This document shows positions 28,640 to 37,913 of a stretch of 63,477 bases of DNA, piece after piece. Below the pieces are notes generated by a model. It was not told the DNA's origin. It was given only the letters and a program-made list of their open reading frames with translations, and made no database searches. Origin of the DNA: a virus (Duplodnaviria; Caudoviricetes); the IMG/VR virus record IMGVR_UViG_3300009528_000014, positions 1-63,477 of that record. The stretch is one strand, 5' to 3'. Positions within the stretch are counted from its first letter, which is position 1; each line of letters opens with the position of its first letter. A program made the position numbers and the translations under genes.

Positions 28640-29986
28640 TCAGAATAAAGGATTATAGGCTTCATCAAGTAACCCATTCACTGCATCATCTAAAATAAAA
28701 TATTGCTTAAAACCAACCTGCTTTAGTTTCCAACTGCATAGCCCAGTCATAACATCCATCGTGAGTTCTTTTAATGTGTAACCTTCCGTATTACTGAAAT
28801 AAACTCCGAATAAAGGATAGTTTACCCGCAGGGCATCCGATAACTGGTGAGGGAATCCCGTAAGTCCGGCATTAAATTCAAGTTCTTTTTTCGGGTCTTT
28901 CCACCATAAAATAATCCGCTCGCCAAAAGAATCCGCGGCAGCAGATGAAGGAATCCAAATTACTGTATCCTCATAATTTTTTGGTCTTAATCCATAAGTT
29001 GATTGAGAATCAGTATCTGCCAGATTAGCATTTTCATCAACGCCCCTATGTCCAGCCCATGTCGGGTCTGGCGGAGTCCCTGCTGTATCAGGGTCGTAGC
29101 CATAAAAAATAGTAACCCTGTTAATTATATCATCCACGCCCTGATTAAGATTAGGCTTTGAAAGAATATTATCTACATCAAAGTCATCCGAGCCGCCCAG
29201 GTCGGGTGAATAAATAATCTCCTCAAGCCAGTACCGACAGTATATAAGACCATCCCCCTCGGCAAATATTGTTGAATGAGAATAGGTCATTATCTTTTTT
29301 AATATGTTGCCTATGGTCTGACCGGTAAAGTTCCCCTGTAAAAGAAAGCCGAGTGAGGTCATTTGAGTTTTCCATGTAGACCATTCGGTATAATTTATAT
29401 CTACATTTGCACTGGAAGCAGTGTTATCAAGGTCGCCCATATCCGGGTCTGTGAGCAAGTACCAAACCATATCCGCTGGATTTATCCCGCTTGAATAATC
29501 TCTTGCTAACCACCCCGTAGCGGAATAAAAATCAATAGGAATATCTTTCGTGCCAATTTTTCTGTCAAATAAGTATCCCAATTTATCCCTGAAAACTAAA
29601 AATGCCTTGTCTCCCCTAAACTTAAAATCGTCAAGTCTGCCAGTAAATATATTCAGGGTCTCCCCGGAATACCATTTAAGCTCATCCCATTTTTTATTAC
29701 CCCACCTGTTCAGATACTGAGAGTCATTGGTTAGTATCTCAAGGCTGATTACTCCTTCCTGCCTTAAATACGCTTCGGGGTTATCTTTTAATTTATTCCA
29801 GTACTTACCCCCATTATAAACCTCAACCGTAGCGTAACCGGTGGAGACCTCATCCGCCTGCCTCGTTATTGAGGGCAGAACCTCGCATCGGTCAGTCTCG
29901 TCCACACCGTTGAAAGTAAACTTCCTTTTAGGATGAACCGCCTGTTCTGATAATTTCCCGAGTGTATCGGAATTAAGGCTTAACAT
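28640..29986 (-). CDS. Minor tail/baseplate hub-like protein
   Basis: Second gene after the tape measure; SQSTYG and FILDD motifs. Confidence 0.6.
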   Translation of the reverse strand: MLSLNSDTLGKLSEQAVHPKRKFTFNGVDETDRCEVLPSITRQADEVSTGYATVEVYNGGKYWNKLKDNPEAYLRQEGVISLEILTNDSQYLNRWGNKKWDELKWYSGETLNIFTGRLDDFKFRGDKAFLVFRDKLGYLFDRKIGTKDIPIDFYSATGWLARDYSSGINPADMVWYLLTDPDMGDLDNTASSANVDINYTEWSTWKTQMTSLGFLLQGNFTGQTIGNILKKIMTYSHSTIFAEGDGLIYCRYWLEEIIYSPDLGGSDDFDVDNILSKPNLNQGVDDIINRVTIFYGYDPDTAGTPPDPTWAGHRGVDENANLADTDSQSTYGLRPKNYEDTVIWIPSSAAADSFGERIILWWKDPKKELEFNAGLTGFPHQLSDALRVNYPLFGVYFSNTEGYTLKELTMDVMTGLCSWKLKQVGFKQYFILDDAVNGLLDEAYNPLF

Positions 29987-30351
29987 TATAACTCCCTCAA
30001 AATTAAAGTGCCTCTAAACTTATCTTCCCAATTAGGCACTCCAAAACTTGATAAAGGTTTTTCGTCATTATGAATTCTGACTGTATATGAAACCGAAGGA
30101 GCATTAATCATATCATCATAAAAAGTTAGTTGCGCTAAATCATCCCGCCAATCATTAAAAGTCGTAGCATCCGCTGTTGCTATATTTTCAAGCGGAATTT
30201 CCCACCTTCGTTTTTTTGAGAATTTATAAGAATATTCTTTCCCGGAAATAGCCGAGTGTCTTATAACATCAAAATCATCTGGCTTAATATATCCCGCTTC
30301 AGGTGAAAAATTAATTATTGTAACTCCATCTGTAATTTTCATTGAGGGCAT
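29986..30351 (-). CDS. Distal tail-like protein
   Basis: Small gene directly after the tape measure, ending TLILREL. Confidence 0.55.
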   Translation of the reverse strand: MPSMKITDGVTIINFSPEAGYIKPDDFDVIRHSAISGKEYSYKFSKKRRWEIPLENIATADATTFNDWRDDLAQLTFYDDMINAPSVSYTVRIHNDEKPLSSFGVPNWEDKFRGTLILREL

Positions 30352-30352
30352 T

Positions 30353-32716
30353 TTATATCACAAATCCTTCCCTTGCTAAATCCTGTAAAGCTGGCAGTAT
30401 GTTTCTTCTCGTAACTTCTTTTATTCTTGTTGGACTCGCTTCTTCCCAATCACTAAAGGTCGTTACATTTGGAAATTGAATATTAATAATAATCGAGGTC
30501 GGTCTTGCTTTTATTTTATTCAAGGGAATAGCCAGTTCCGGTCCCTTTTCTGCAATGGTTGTAAGTGCCGGCCCCATAAAAAGTTTGCCTTCAGCGGCAG
30601 ACTGTATTTTAGAAATTTGACCTACTATATTTGGAACTATCAAAGCCGTCTGAGCGATAGCCAGAATCGGACCAAGAGGGCCCGCTCCGGCAGCCCAAGC
30701 CCATATTTTAGAAATTGCGATTCCCTGTTCAACTAATACTTTCGCTACCGCGAGTGCTTTGCCTTCCTTTGATTCCTTCCCGAAAATAGCCATCGCAGCT
30801 TCAATTCCTGCAAGTGCTATTTGTTGTTTTATCTCTTGGGTCTGTTGTGCTAATACCTGTTTTTTTGTTTCGCTTTCCTCATCTGCTTTGAATTCTGCTT
30901 CTCTTATTGCATTTTTTCGTTCTGCTTCTACCTCATCTCTTTCCTTTTCTCGCTCTATTCTATACTCGTCTATAAGGTCTTTATCGGCTCCGGCTTTTTC
31001 GTATGCCTCAACTTCTTTTTCAAGTTGCTCTGTTGCCTTCTCGTAATCAGATAATCGGATTTCGTCTAATTTCTCGGCAAGTTCTTCCTCAGCTTTTATT
31101 TTTTCTTCTGTGGCTTCTATTGCTGCTATTGCTGCCGCTGCTTTTGCTTCTGTCTCTTTAGCTGCTGCTTCTATAATTGCATCTGAAGCTGCTAATTCAG
31201 CCTCCTCCTTTTCTTTTAACTTGGCGATCCTTAAATCAAGGTTCTTAATGTCTTCCGATGTCTCCTCAGCACCCCGCTGGAGTAATTTAGCTTTAACCAA
31301 TAATAAAGCCTTATGTGTTCCTTCCCACTCCTGCATTTTTCCAATCTGTTTATCAACTTGCGCAAGATTTTCTTCTGCTGCTTTCTCAAAATCCTTAGTC
31401 GCTCTTGTTGCTTTAATCATAGTTCCTATGAAAAGAGCAAAAACTATCGCAAGAGCAGCAACAGGCGGATGAATAGCACCCAGTATCGGGGCTAATTTAG
31501 TAAAGATAGAAACCATTTTCAATGCAGTGCCCACGACTTTAAGGAAAATTCCAGAAAGTAAAGTTATCGCTGGAACGAGAATCGCAACACTTTTAACAAG
31601 CCCCTCGTTCTCTTTTACGAAATCCCTGAACTTATCTATGTTCTCAACAACCTTTTCAGCCAGGTCTTTTATAACCGGGATAAGAGTAGTCCCTACTTCA
31701 ACCATTAAGATATTAACAGTCTCCCTGAGCTTACGCATTTGAACATTCAGATTATCCTGTCGCTTTGCTAACATCTCGTCAGTCTTGCCAGCTCGTTCAG
31801 AAATCGAAATGGTATCTTCCATAAATTCATTTCTTTTATCCAGGATAGTTAGCAGTCCGGTAAGGGCTGTTTTTTCTTCTATTAGTTTTGGTAGTCTGGC
31901 ATCTTCGACTTTAGAAAGTCTCTTTAGAACCTCCGTTAGACCGAGCTGTTGCATTGCGGCTTGAGCCGATGCAAATCCCCATCCCCCCTTTTCCATTCCT
32001 GTTAATGCTGCAAGTTCTTTCGTAGGTTTCAGAAAAGCACCCATAAGTGCCTTGAGAGAAGTAATTGCGATATTAGTTTTAATTCCCCCTCTGGTCATTA
32101 CTGTAAGAGAAGCACCGACTTCTTCAAGGGAGACTCCCAGTGCCTTTGAAAGTGGTAGAACCAGTCCGATAGTAGGAGCTAATTCTGCCATCGTGGTTTT
32201 ACCCTTTTCCACAATAGAGAAGAACCAATCAGAAATATCCCCAGCTCGGTCAGCAGCTAATCCATAAGCGTTGACTACGGTAGTTAATGCGTCAGCTGTT
32301 AAACCGGCTTCAACAAAACCTGCCTCGGCAGCTCTAACCGATACTTCCAAAAATGCTGTAGCTTTTTCTGCGGAAATTGAAGCGGAGAGAATATCGTATA
32401 AACCTTTAGAGAGGGTTGCTGTTGATTGTCCATAAGTTACCGCCATTTTCTTGATAGCCGACTCAAAGCCCGGCATATACTTTTCGCTCTGTTCACCGAG
32501 CATGGTTGCAACATAGCTCATTTGCTCCTGGAAATCCCCCGCCTTCTTTATTGCGAGACCAAGCCCGGCAGCCATTGCAGTACCAGCGATAAGGAATTTA
32601 CTCCCTGCTTTGGAGACGGACTCCCCAAGACCCTTTAACTGTTTATCGGTAACCCCAAGAGTCTTAGTAGCCTCGTCTCTGGCGCGAATTATAATCTGTA
32701 AAATGTTCTCTGGCAT
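30353..32716 (-). CDS. Tail tape measure protein (TP901-type core)
   Basis: IIIRARDEAT start; GLYDILSA...GKTTMAELA; Ala-rich helical sequence, 787 aa. Confidence 0.92.
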   Translation of the reverse strand: MPENILQIIIRARDEATKTLGVTDKQLKGLGESVSKAGSKFLIAGTAMAAGLGLAIKKAGDFQEQMSYVATMLGEQSEKYMPGFESAIKKMAVTYGQSTATLSKGLYDILSASISAEKATAFLEVSVRAAEAGFVEAGLTADALTTVVNAYGLAADRAGDISDWFFSIVEKGKTTMAELAPTIGLVLPLSKALGVSLEEVGASLTVMTRGGIKTNIAITSLKALMGAFLKPTKELAALTGMEKGGWGFASAQAAMQQLGLTEVLKRLSKVEDARLPKLIEEKTALTGLLTILDKRNEFMEDTISISERAGKTDEMLAKRQDNLNVQMRKLRETVNILMVEVGTTLIPVIKDLAEKVVENIDKFRDFVKENEGLVKSVAILVPAITLLSGIFLKVVGTALKMVSIFTKLAPILGAIHPPVAALAIVFALFIGTMIKATRATKDFEKAAEENLAQVDKQIGKMQEWEGTHKALLLVKAKLLQRGAEETSEDIKNLDLRIAKLKEKEEAELAASDAIIEAAAKETEAKAAAAIAAIEATEEKIKAEEELAEKLDEIRLSDYEKATEQLEKEVEAYEKAGADKDLIDEYRIEREKERDEVEAERKNAIREAEFKADEESETKKQVLAQQTQEIKQQIALAGIEAAMAIFGKESKEGKALAVAKVLVEQGIAISKIWAWAAGAGPLGPILAIAQTALIVPNIVGQISKIQSAAEGKLFMGPALTTIAEKGPELAIPLNKIKARPTSIIINIQFPNVTTFSDWEEASPTRIKEVTRRNILPALQDLAREGFVI

Positions 32717-32727
32717 TTTATTTCCCT

Positions 32728-32782
32728 AAAAAAAAGGCTCAACAGTCCCTCAAAAGATAGAGGTCTTTTAACTGCGAGCCTT
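32728..32782 (-). terminator. Terminator-like hairpin before the tape measure gene
   Basis: AAGGCTC...GAGCCTT stem followed by a T run on the minus strand. Confidence 0.6.
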
Positions 32783-32818
32783 CGTTCCTACCTTAATTTA
32801 TTTTGGATATTTAATTAT

Positions 32819-33124
32819 TTACTTATCCGAAGAAGGTTTAGGCTTTAATCCTCCTCCGAAAACCACTCCTTTATTTATGGATTGCATTGTTTCCTCAAAT
32901 GATTTATCCGTCGGGACTAAAAACGAACCGACTTGTTTTTCCGTTAAACCCGGGTCGGATTTTCTTACAAGTACCCAAATCAACATTCTGGCTTGTTTGA
33001 AAGTTAATGGAGTCCCATTTTTGAATTGTTTAAGGTCTCCAAGCCGTTCTTCCAATTCAATTAAATCATTCACATCCAACGCACTCATTTCATAATCTTT
33101 CCCGCCAAGTCTAACCTTTTCCAC
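32819..33124 (-). CDS. Tail assembly chaperone (likely GTG start at 33124)
   Basis: AAGGAGGT SD; located between tail tube and tape measure. Confidence 0.7.
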   Translation of the reverse strand: MEKVRLGGKDYEMSALDVNDLIELEERLGDLKQFKNGTPLTFKQARMLIWVLVRKSDPGLTEKQVGSFLVPTDKSFEETMQSINKGVVFGGGLKPKPSSDK

Positions 33125-33190
33125 TCTTACCTCCTTTTCCCAGAAATCCCCCGACTTTAGCAAATTTTGAAAATAAAACCAAAGTAGTAC

Positions 33191-33219
33191 TTGACATCCA
33201 ATCTAAAATATGATATAAT
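33191..33219 (+). promoter_or_regulatory. Consensus sigma70 promoter of tnpB
   Basis: TTGACA-17-TATAAT with extended -10 TG. Confidence 0.9.
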
Positions 33220-33237
33220 TCTTATTAAGGATACGGA

Positions 33238-34317
33238 ATGAAAAAAACTTTTAAATATAGAATATATGCCAACCGAGACATTCTTACCAAAACCGACGGA
33301 GTCCTTAATCTTTGTAGAATCCTTTATAATCTTTGCCTTGAGCAACGAATTGATGCCTACAAATACCACAGGAAATCCATTTCTAAATATGACCAGATGA
33401 AACAACTTCCCGACCTCAAAAAAGGTTTTCCTGAGTTTAGAAAAGTTTCTTCTCAAACACTTCAGGATGTAATTGACCGTCTTGATAAATCTTACCAGTC
33501 CTTTTTCCGTCGAGTAAAGAGTGGAGAGAAAGCGGGTTTCCCGAGATTTAAGGGATTTGATAGGTACGATTCTTTTACACTCAAACAAGCAGGTTGGGAA
33601 CTTGATGATAAATATCTTACCATAAAGAAACTCGGTAAATTCAAGATTAGACTTTCTCGCCCCATTGAAGGTGTAATCAAAACCGTAACTATCCGCAGAA
33701 CTCTTTCCAATAAATGGTTTGTCTGCTTTGCTTGCGATAATGTTCCCGATAAGCCCCTGCCAAAAACGGGCAAAACAATAGGTATTGATATGGGATGTGA
33801 ATCTTTCCTTACTGATTCTAATAATAGAAAGATAGATAACCCTCGGTTTCTTAACAAGTCGCAAGACGTTCTTCTTAAACGTCAGCAGTCCCTCTCGCGT
33901 AAAAAGAGGGGTTCTATCAGGCGAGGCAAAGCAAGGTTGCTTGTGGCAAAGATACACGAAAAGATTGCTAATCAAAGACTTGATTTTCATTTTAAAGTTG
34001 CTAATAAATTGGTCAAGGAAAATGATATTATCTGTATAGAAAAACTCCATAGTTGGAAAACATTCAGAAAAATCAATAGGTCTATGGATGATGTTGCTTG
34101 GTTTAATTTCTTCAATATACTTCAATTCAAAGCGGAAGAGGCTGGAAAAGAAGTCGTTGAAGTCCCCGCCAAGAACACATCCCAGATGTGCTCGTCCTGT
34201 GGGGCAATAGTTAAAAAGGATTTGTCTATTCGTATCCATCGTTGCTCCTGTGGTCTTGAAATAGACCGTGATTATAATGCTGCTCTAAACATTTTAAGGC
34301 TCGGGCAGAGCCTTTAG
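33238..34317 (+). CDS. tnpB: RNA-guided endonuclease TnpB
   Basis: KTFKYRIY, GFPRFK, RuvC GIDMG / IEKL / DRDYNAA all intact, Zn ribbon CSSCG..CSCG. Confidence 0.95.
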   Translation: MKKTFKYRIYANRDILTKTDGVLNLCRILYNLCLEQRIDAYKYHRKSISKYDQMKQLPDLKKGFPEFRKVSSQTLQDVIDRLDKSYQSFFRRVKSGEKAGFPRFKGFDRYDSFTLKQAGWELDDKYLTIKKLGKFKIRLSRPIEGVIKTVTIRRTLSNKWFVCFACDNVPDKPLPKTGKTIGIDMGCESFLTDSNNRKIDNPRFLNKSQDVLLKRQQSLSRKKRGSIRRGKARLLVAKIHEKIANQRLDFHFKVANKLVKENDIICIEKLHSWKTFRKINRSMDDVAWFNFFNILQFKAEEAGKEVVEVPAKNTSQMCSSCGAIVKKDLSIRIHRCSCGLEIDRDYNAALNILRLGQSL

Positions 34318-34390
34318 GTTTCCGTATCCTCAACCTGAGAATCTCATGGCTTTAGCCATGGAGAATGTCAACTCCCTTTCTTTAATAACT
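34230..34390 (+). ncRNA. Putative omega (re)RNA of TnpB; guide starts at 34372
   Basis: Established TnpB architecture plus hairpins at 34316-34336 and 34343-34363; the 5' boundary is approximate. Confidence 0.6.
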
Positions 34391-36040
34391 CGATTTCCCG
34401 TTTATCAAATATACCCGGCACATGTGAGCCGCGGTAGCATCATATTTAATCTTCCCGGAAGCTCCCGCCATTATCTCCCCGGGGCCCCCAATGGCAATCG
34501 GGAAGGCTGTGTAGAGAACCTTCGGAAATTCAAAGGTCAGCTCATAATTCCACTTACCGCCAGCCGCGATAACCGCTCCAATAAATGACACTCTCCAAAC
34601 CGCCGAGGTCCAACCGGCGTATAAATCAAACTGTGTTGTATTATCAAGTTTGAAAGTGGGAGCAATCGTTCCCGTCCTGAAAGCATCCCCGATAATCCTG
34701 TCAATGTAGTAAGTGCCGTCAAGAACCGGCTTCGCCACCAATCCGTTTTCAAGTGTCATAGCCAGAGTATCAATTTCTTTGTTGAAGGCATAAATCTCAA
34801 AAGTTGAGGTATTATCGGGAGTTGTTCCCCAAGTTGCAACGGTAATTTCGGTACCAGTATTGGCTGTGATTTTACGGATTTGCCCCTCTCCTAAACCCCC
34901 CGTTATCCGAACATAATAACCTATCAGACCAGTTCCGGTAATTGTCCATGTTGCCCCAGAATCTGTCAGAGTGGTAGCAGCTCCAGCCGTTGCTGTTCCT
35001 GTATCGTAAATCCCTATTCCCAGAACTGTCTGGTTCCATCTCCAGGGTTCTGTCGTTTCCAGACTCGCAGTTGTTTTGGTAATCTGGGCATAGGATTTAG
35101 CAAGCCAGGAAGCAGTAAGAGCCAGAATCTTTGCTCCAACCCCGTAACTAAAAGCCAGAGTATTAGCGCAAGCCCCTTTAATCTGAAAAGCCTTACCGGC
35201 TCCTATATCCTTTTCAATCTCAAGCGTATAAGGATAAGGGTCGCATTTAGCCGAGAATGGAGTATTCGTTGGTGTGAACTTATGCAGGTAGACAGGATAT
35301 TGATAAATCTCAAAAGTTGAGGTATTATCAGGATTAACATCCCAGGTTGCAACGGTTAAGGTATCTTCAGTATTACTTACAATCGCTCTCACTTGCCCAA
35401 TAGCAGCGGTTGCTGAACCTGTTCCCCCTGTAATTTTCACATAATGGGCTTTGTAATCATCTACACCCCAACCAGCTCCAGTTAGAACTAAAATTGTGTC
35501 TCCTGCACTCGTTGCAGTACCTGAAACCTCCAGAGAAGGTTGCGTGGTCGTTGGTGCACCGAACCAAGACCTAAATAAATGTCCCAAACAATTAGGATGA
35601 ACTTCATGGACTGTATCGCCAGCAAGAGTTATCAATCCCTGATAACTCGGTGGCTCATCCCTTCTGCCATCTAACTGTGCAGAAACTACTTCTTCAATCG
35701 TTGGAGAAATAGATTCTGTGTTAAACTTCAAATAATCAGCCTCTCCAAAAAGAGCATCTTTGGAAATCTCATAATCGGAAGTAACATCTGGGGCAACCCA
35801 GGTGTCCACTGTGCAGGTTGTCGCATCATTGTCCGTTATCTTTCGGAGCTGTCCGATTCCCAGTCCGACTGTAATCCTTACATAATAACCGATAAGAGCA
35901 TCAACAGACCAGGATGCAGTTGAATCTTCCAATTTGGTCACCGATGACCCAGCAGTAGCATCTCCTGAATACAAAACCACCGGTGTTCCAAAAACATTTT
36001 CCCTCTTAATTCCAATGTGAGTTAATTGTCCTTTTGCCAT
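34382..36040 (-). CDS. Major tail tube protein with three inserted repeat domains
   Basis: HIGIKRENVFGT start, YTLEIEK, LTFEFPKVLY; lies after the tail terminator. Confidence 0.8.
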   Translation of the reverse strand: MAKGQLTHIGIKRENVFGTPVVLYSGDATAGSSVTKLEDSTASWSVDALIGYYVRITVGLGIGQLRKITDNDATTCTVDTWVAPDVTSDYEISKDALFGEADYLKFNTESISPTIEEVVSAQLDGRRDEPPSYQGLITLAGDTVHEVHPNCLGHLFRSWFGAPTTTQPSLEVSGTATSAGDTILVLTGAGWGVDDYKAHYVKITGGTGSATAAIGQVRAIVSNTEDTLTVATWDVNPDNTSTFEIYQYPVYLHKFTPTNTPFSAKCDPYPYTLEIEKDIGAGKAFQIKGACANTLAFSYGVGAKILALTASWLAKSYAQITKTTASLETTEPWRWNQTVLGIGIYDTGTATAGAATTLTDSGATWTITGTGLIGYYVRITGGLGEGQIRKITANTGTEITVATWGTTPDNTSTFEIYAFNKEIDTLAMTLENGLVAKPVLDGTYYIDRIIGDAFRTGTIAPTFKLDNTTQFDLYAGWTSAVWRVSFIGAVIAAGGKWNYELTFEFPKVLYTAFPIAIGGPGEIMAGASGKIKYDATAAHMCRVYLINGKSSY

Positions 36041-36239
36041 TTCTTTTTACCTCCCTTAGATTTAGTTTCTTTCTTTTTTAATATTTCAGTTTCTTCTTTC
36101 TTTTTTTTTATCACTGGGCGTGCAAATCCTTGGGAAATTAACTGGCTTCCCAATTTTTCATCCACATCAAAAACTTCTCCCTCTTTCTTTAATCCTAAAT
36201 CCGCGAACTGTCTTTCCTCTTTCATTTTAATTTTCATTT

Positions 36240-36704
36240 TTACCTCCATTGTATGTGTTCTTGAACATCTATCTGTATCTCACAGAAATGACACAGGACA
36301 GAACCGAACATCCTGTTTTCTCTTATATTAACAGAAGCGGGAGAAGCCGAAAAAGCTGTCCCGTCTAAATCAACCATATAGTTTCTGAATTTATCGCAGA
36401 CACTTTCCGTCAAAGTCCTGAAGGTCTTATCCGTAGCGGTTGAATCTTTTAAAGAAAAATATCCGAAGATCTTGATTGTATGAGTCCGCATATTAACCGT
36501 CGGGGAATGTTCAATTTCAGGTGAAGCGGGAGTCGTTATCTCCCATCCTTTTATTAAATCACCCGATTTGAAATAATTTATGAATGTAGCCCAGTCCGCT
36601 GCCCATCTTTCATAATCGTAAACTTTCGTTCCTACCTCGGAAACGGTCAAAAGTATTTCTTTAGTTTTCGCAACTATATTCGTGAGATTACTTACGTCAG
36701 CCAT
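36240..36704 (-). CDS. Tail terminator-like protein
   Basis: Synteny and size. Confidence 0.55.
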   Translation of the reverse strand: MADVSNLTNIVAKTKEILLTVSEVGTKVYDYERWAADWATFINYFKSGDLIKGWEITTPASPEIEHSPTVNMRTHTIKIFGYFSLKDSTATDKTFRTLTESVCDKFRNYMVDLDGTAFSASPASVNIRENRMFGSVLCHFCEIQIDVQEHIQWR

Positions 36705-37213
36705 TACGCCTCCAATCTCTTAACCACTCTCGCATTTGCCTCGTCAAGAAATTTTATAACCTTTGCCTCATTCTCGTTAAAAGTTTTTTCAAACATCCCC
36801 CAACCTTTTTTTCTATCACGATAGCCCCTTCTGGATATTACTATTGCAATTTTAATAGCTCGCTGTTCAGAAAATTCACTTGCTCCGAATCTACTGTCAG
36901 CCCATTTTCTTATTGCGTCTATATTAGGAAACTTCCCAGCCGGATAACCTTTTTCAATCGCCATTGCGTATTCAGCCGGTGTTCCGATAACCCCGTGTAA
37001 ATTTAGTCCCTTTCCTCTTATCTCCGAAGCAACCGAACCCCTTAAATATCCCGTAACATTCTCAGGCATTTTGGCAGATATTTTACCATGAAGAAATGCA
37101 AGGACTTTTTCAAGAGCTGTCATTATCTCATCTTCCCAAATCGGGATCGCCTTCTCTGGATTCTTTAAGTAAACCCCTTTTACTTCCATTGTTAATTCAA
37201 GAGGTTTTTCCAT
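36704..37213 (-). CDS. HK97 gp10-like tail completion protein
   Basis: TGYLRGS...EYAMAIEKG motif. Confidence 0.75.
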   Translation of the reverse strand: MEKPLELTMEVKGVYLKNPEKAIPIWEDEIMTALEKVLAFLHGKISAKMPENVTGYLRGSVASEIRGKGLNLHGVIGTPAEYAMAIEKGYPAGKFPNIDAIRKWADSRFGASEFSEQRAIKIAIVISRRGYRDRKKGWGMFEKTFNENEAKVIKFLDEANARVVKRLEA

Positions 37214-37214
37214 T

Positions 37215-37913
37215 CTATCTCCACTTCGCGGGATGGGTCAGGTATTCGCCACCCCATGGGAATGTAGTATCATATTCCCTTATAACCAATGCCGCCGAGG
37301 TTTCATCACGCTTCTCCATAGCTTTATCGTAAAGTGTAAATTGCTCTTTTGCCACTGCTCTGCAAATATCCGATTTCGCCCTGTACTCCACAACATCCGC
37401 GGCGATAGTCGGAGCGGAGGATTGTGTGTATTTGTTCGCCATTGCAAGCAATGTAATAGCCGCCGCCAGATGGCAGAGTGCCTGGAAGTCCGCTTCGTAG
37501 GTCGTGTTATTATCAGCATCCAGTGTATGGGGTAAAGCATAAGCAACGATGAATGTTTCCGATGAGGATGGGCTGTCCTCAGTGAATCTGATTTTTTCGG
37601 TCGTGCCATTATGATATAGTCTGAAAAGCTCCTCGTCCATCATCTGCGGTTCCTGATCGCCCGAGGGGTATTCAACGGATTCTATTTTTGAGAAACCGTC
37701 AATCCAGTCCGAGGGCTTGTCATAATCATAAGTACCATCACCGGTATAAGATTTGTATTTAATATAAGGACGGTCTTTGTCATAGATTAGTTCAACCGCA
37801 TCGGTCAGCATTGCCTTCAGTTCTGTTTCCGTTGCCTCATCCACAATGATATGGGCATCATCCTGAAGGATTATTTTAATTTGAGCTACAAAGTCTTCCT
37901 GAACTTTTGCCAT
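37215..37913 (-). CDS. Head-tail adaptor-like protein
   Basis: Synteny; helical N- and C-termini. Confidence 0.55.
   Translation of the reverse strand: MAKVQEDFVAQIKIILQDDAHIIVDEATETELKAMLTDAVELIYDKDRPYIKYKSYTGDGTYDYDKPSDWIDGFSKIESVEYPSGDQEPQMMDEELFRLYHNGTTEKIRFTEDSPSSSETFIVAYALPHTLDADNNTTYEADFQALCHLAAAITLLAMANKYTQSSAPTIAADVVEYRAKSDICRAVAKEQFTLYDKAMEKRDETSAALVIREYDTTFPWGGEYLTHPAKWR

Larger units (their letters stand above)
33131..34371 (+). mobile_element. tnpB-only IS200/IS605-family (IS1341-like) element
   Basis: Right end GAAT-CTCATGGCTTTAGCCATGGAG-AATG-TCAA is IS608-like. TTAC lies at 33127-33130, followed by half of a left-end hairpin. No tnpA. Confidence 0.8.

Noticed and set aside
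32716-32860. Programmed frameshift of the tail assembly chaperone (lambda G/GT type)
   Set aside because: No clear slippery heptamer, and the ~100-nt gap is occupied by a terminator-like hairpin.
33157-34239. 360-aa minus-strand ORF opposite tnpB
   Set aside because: Long antisense ORFs are common over tnpB, and this one has no recognisable domain.
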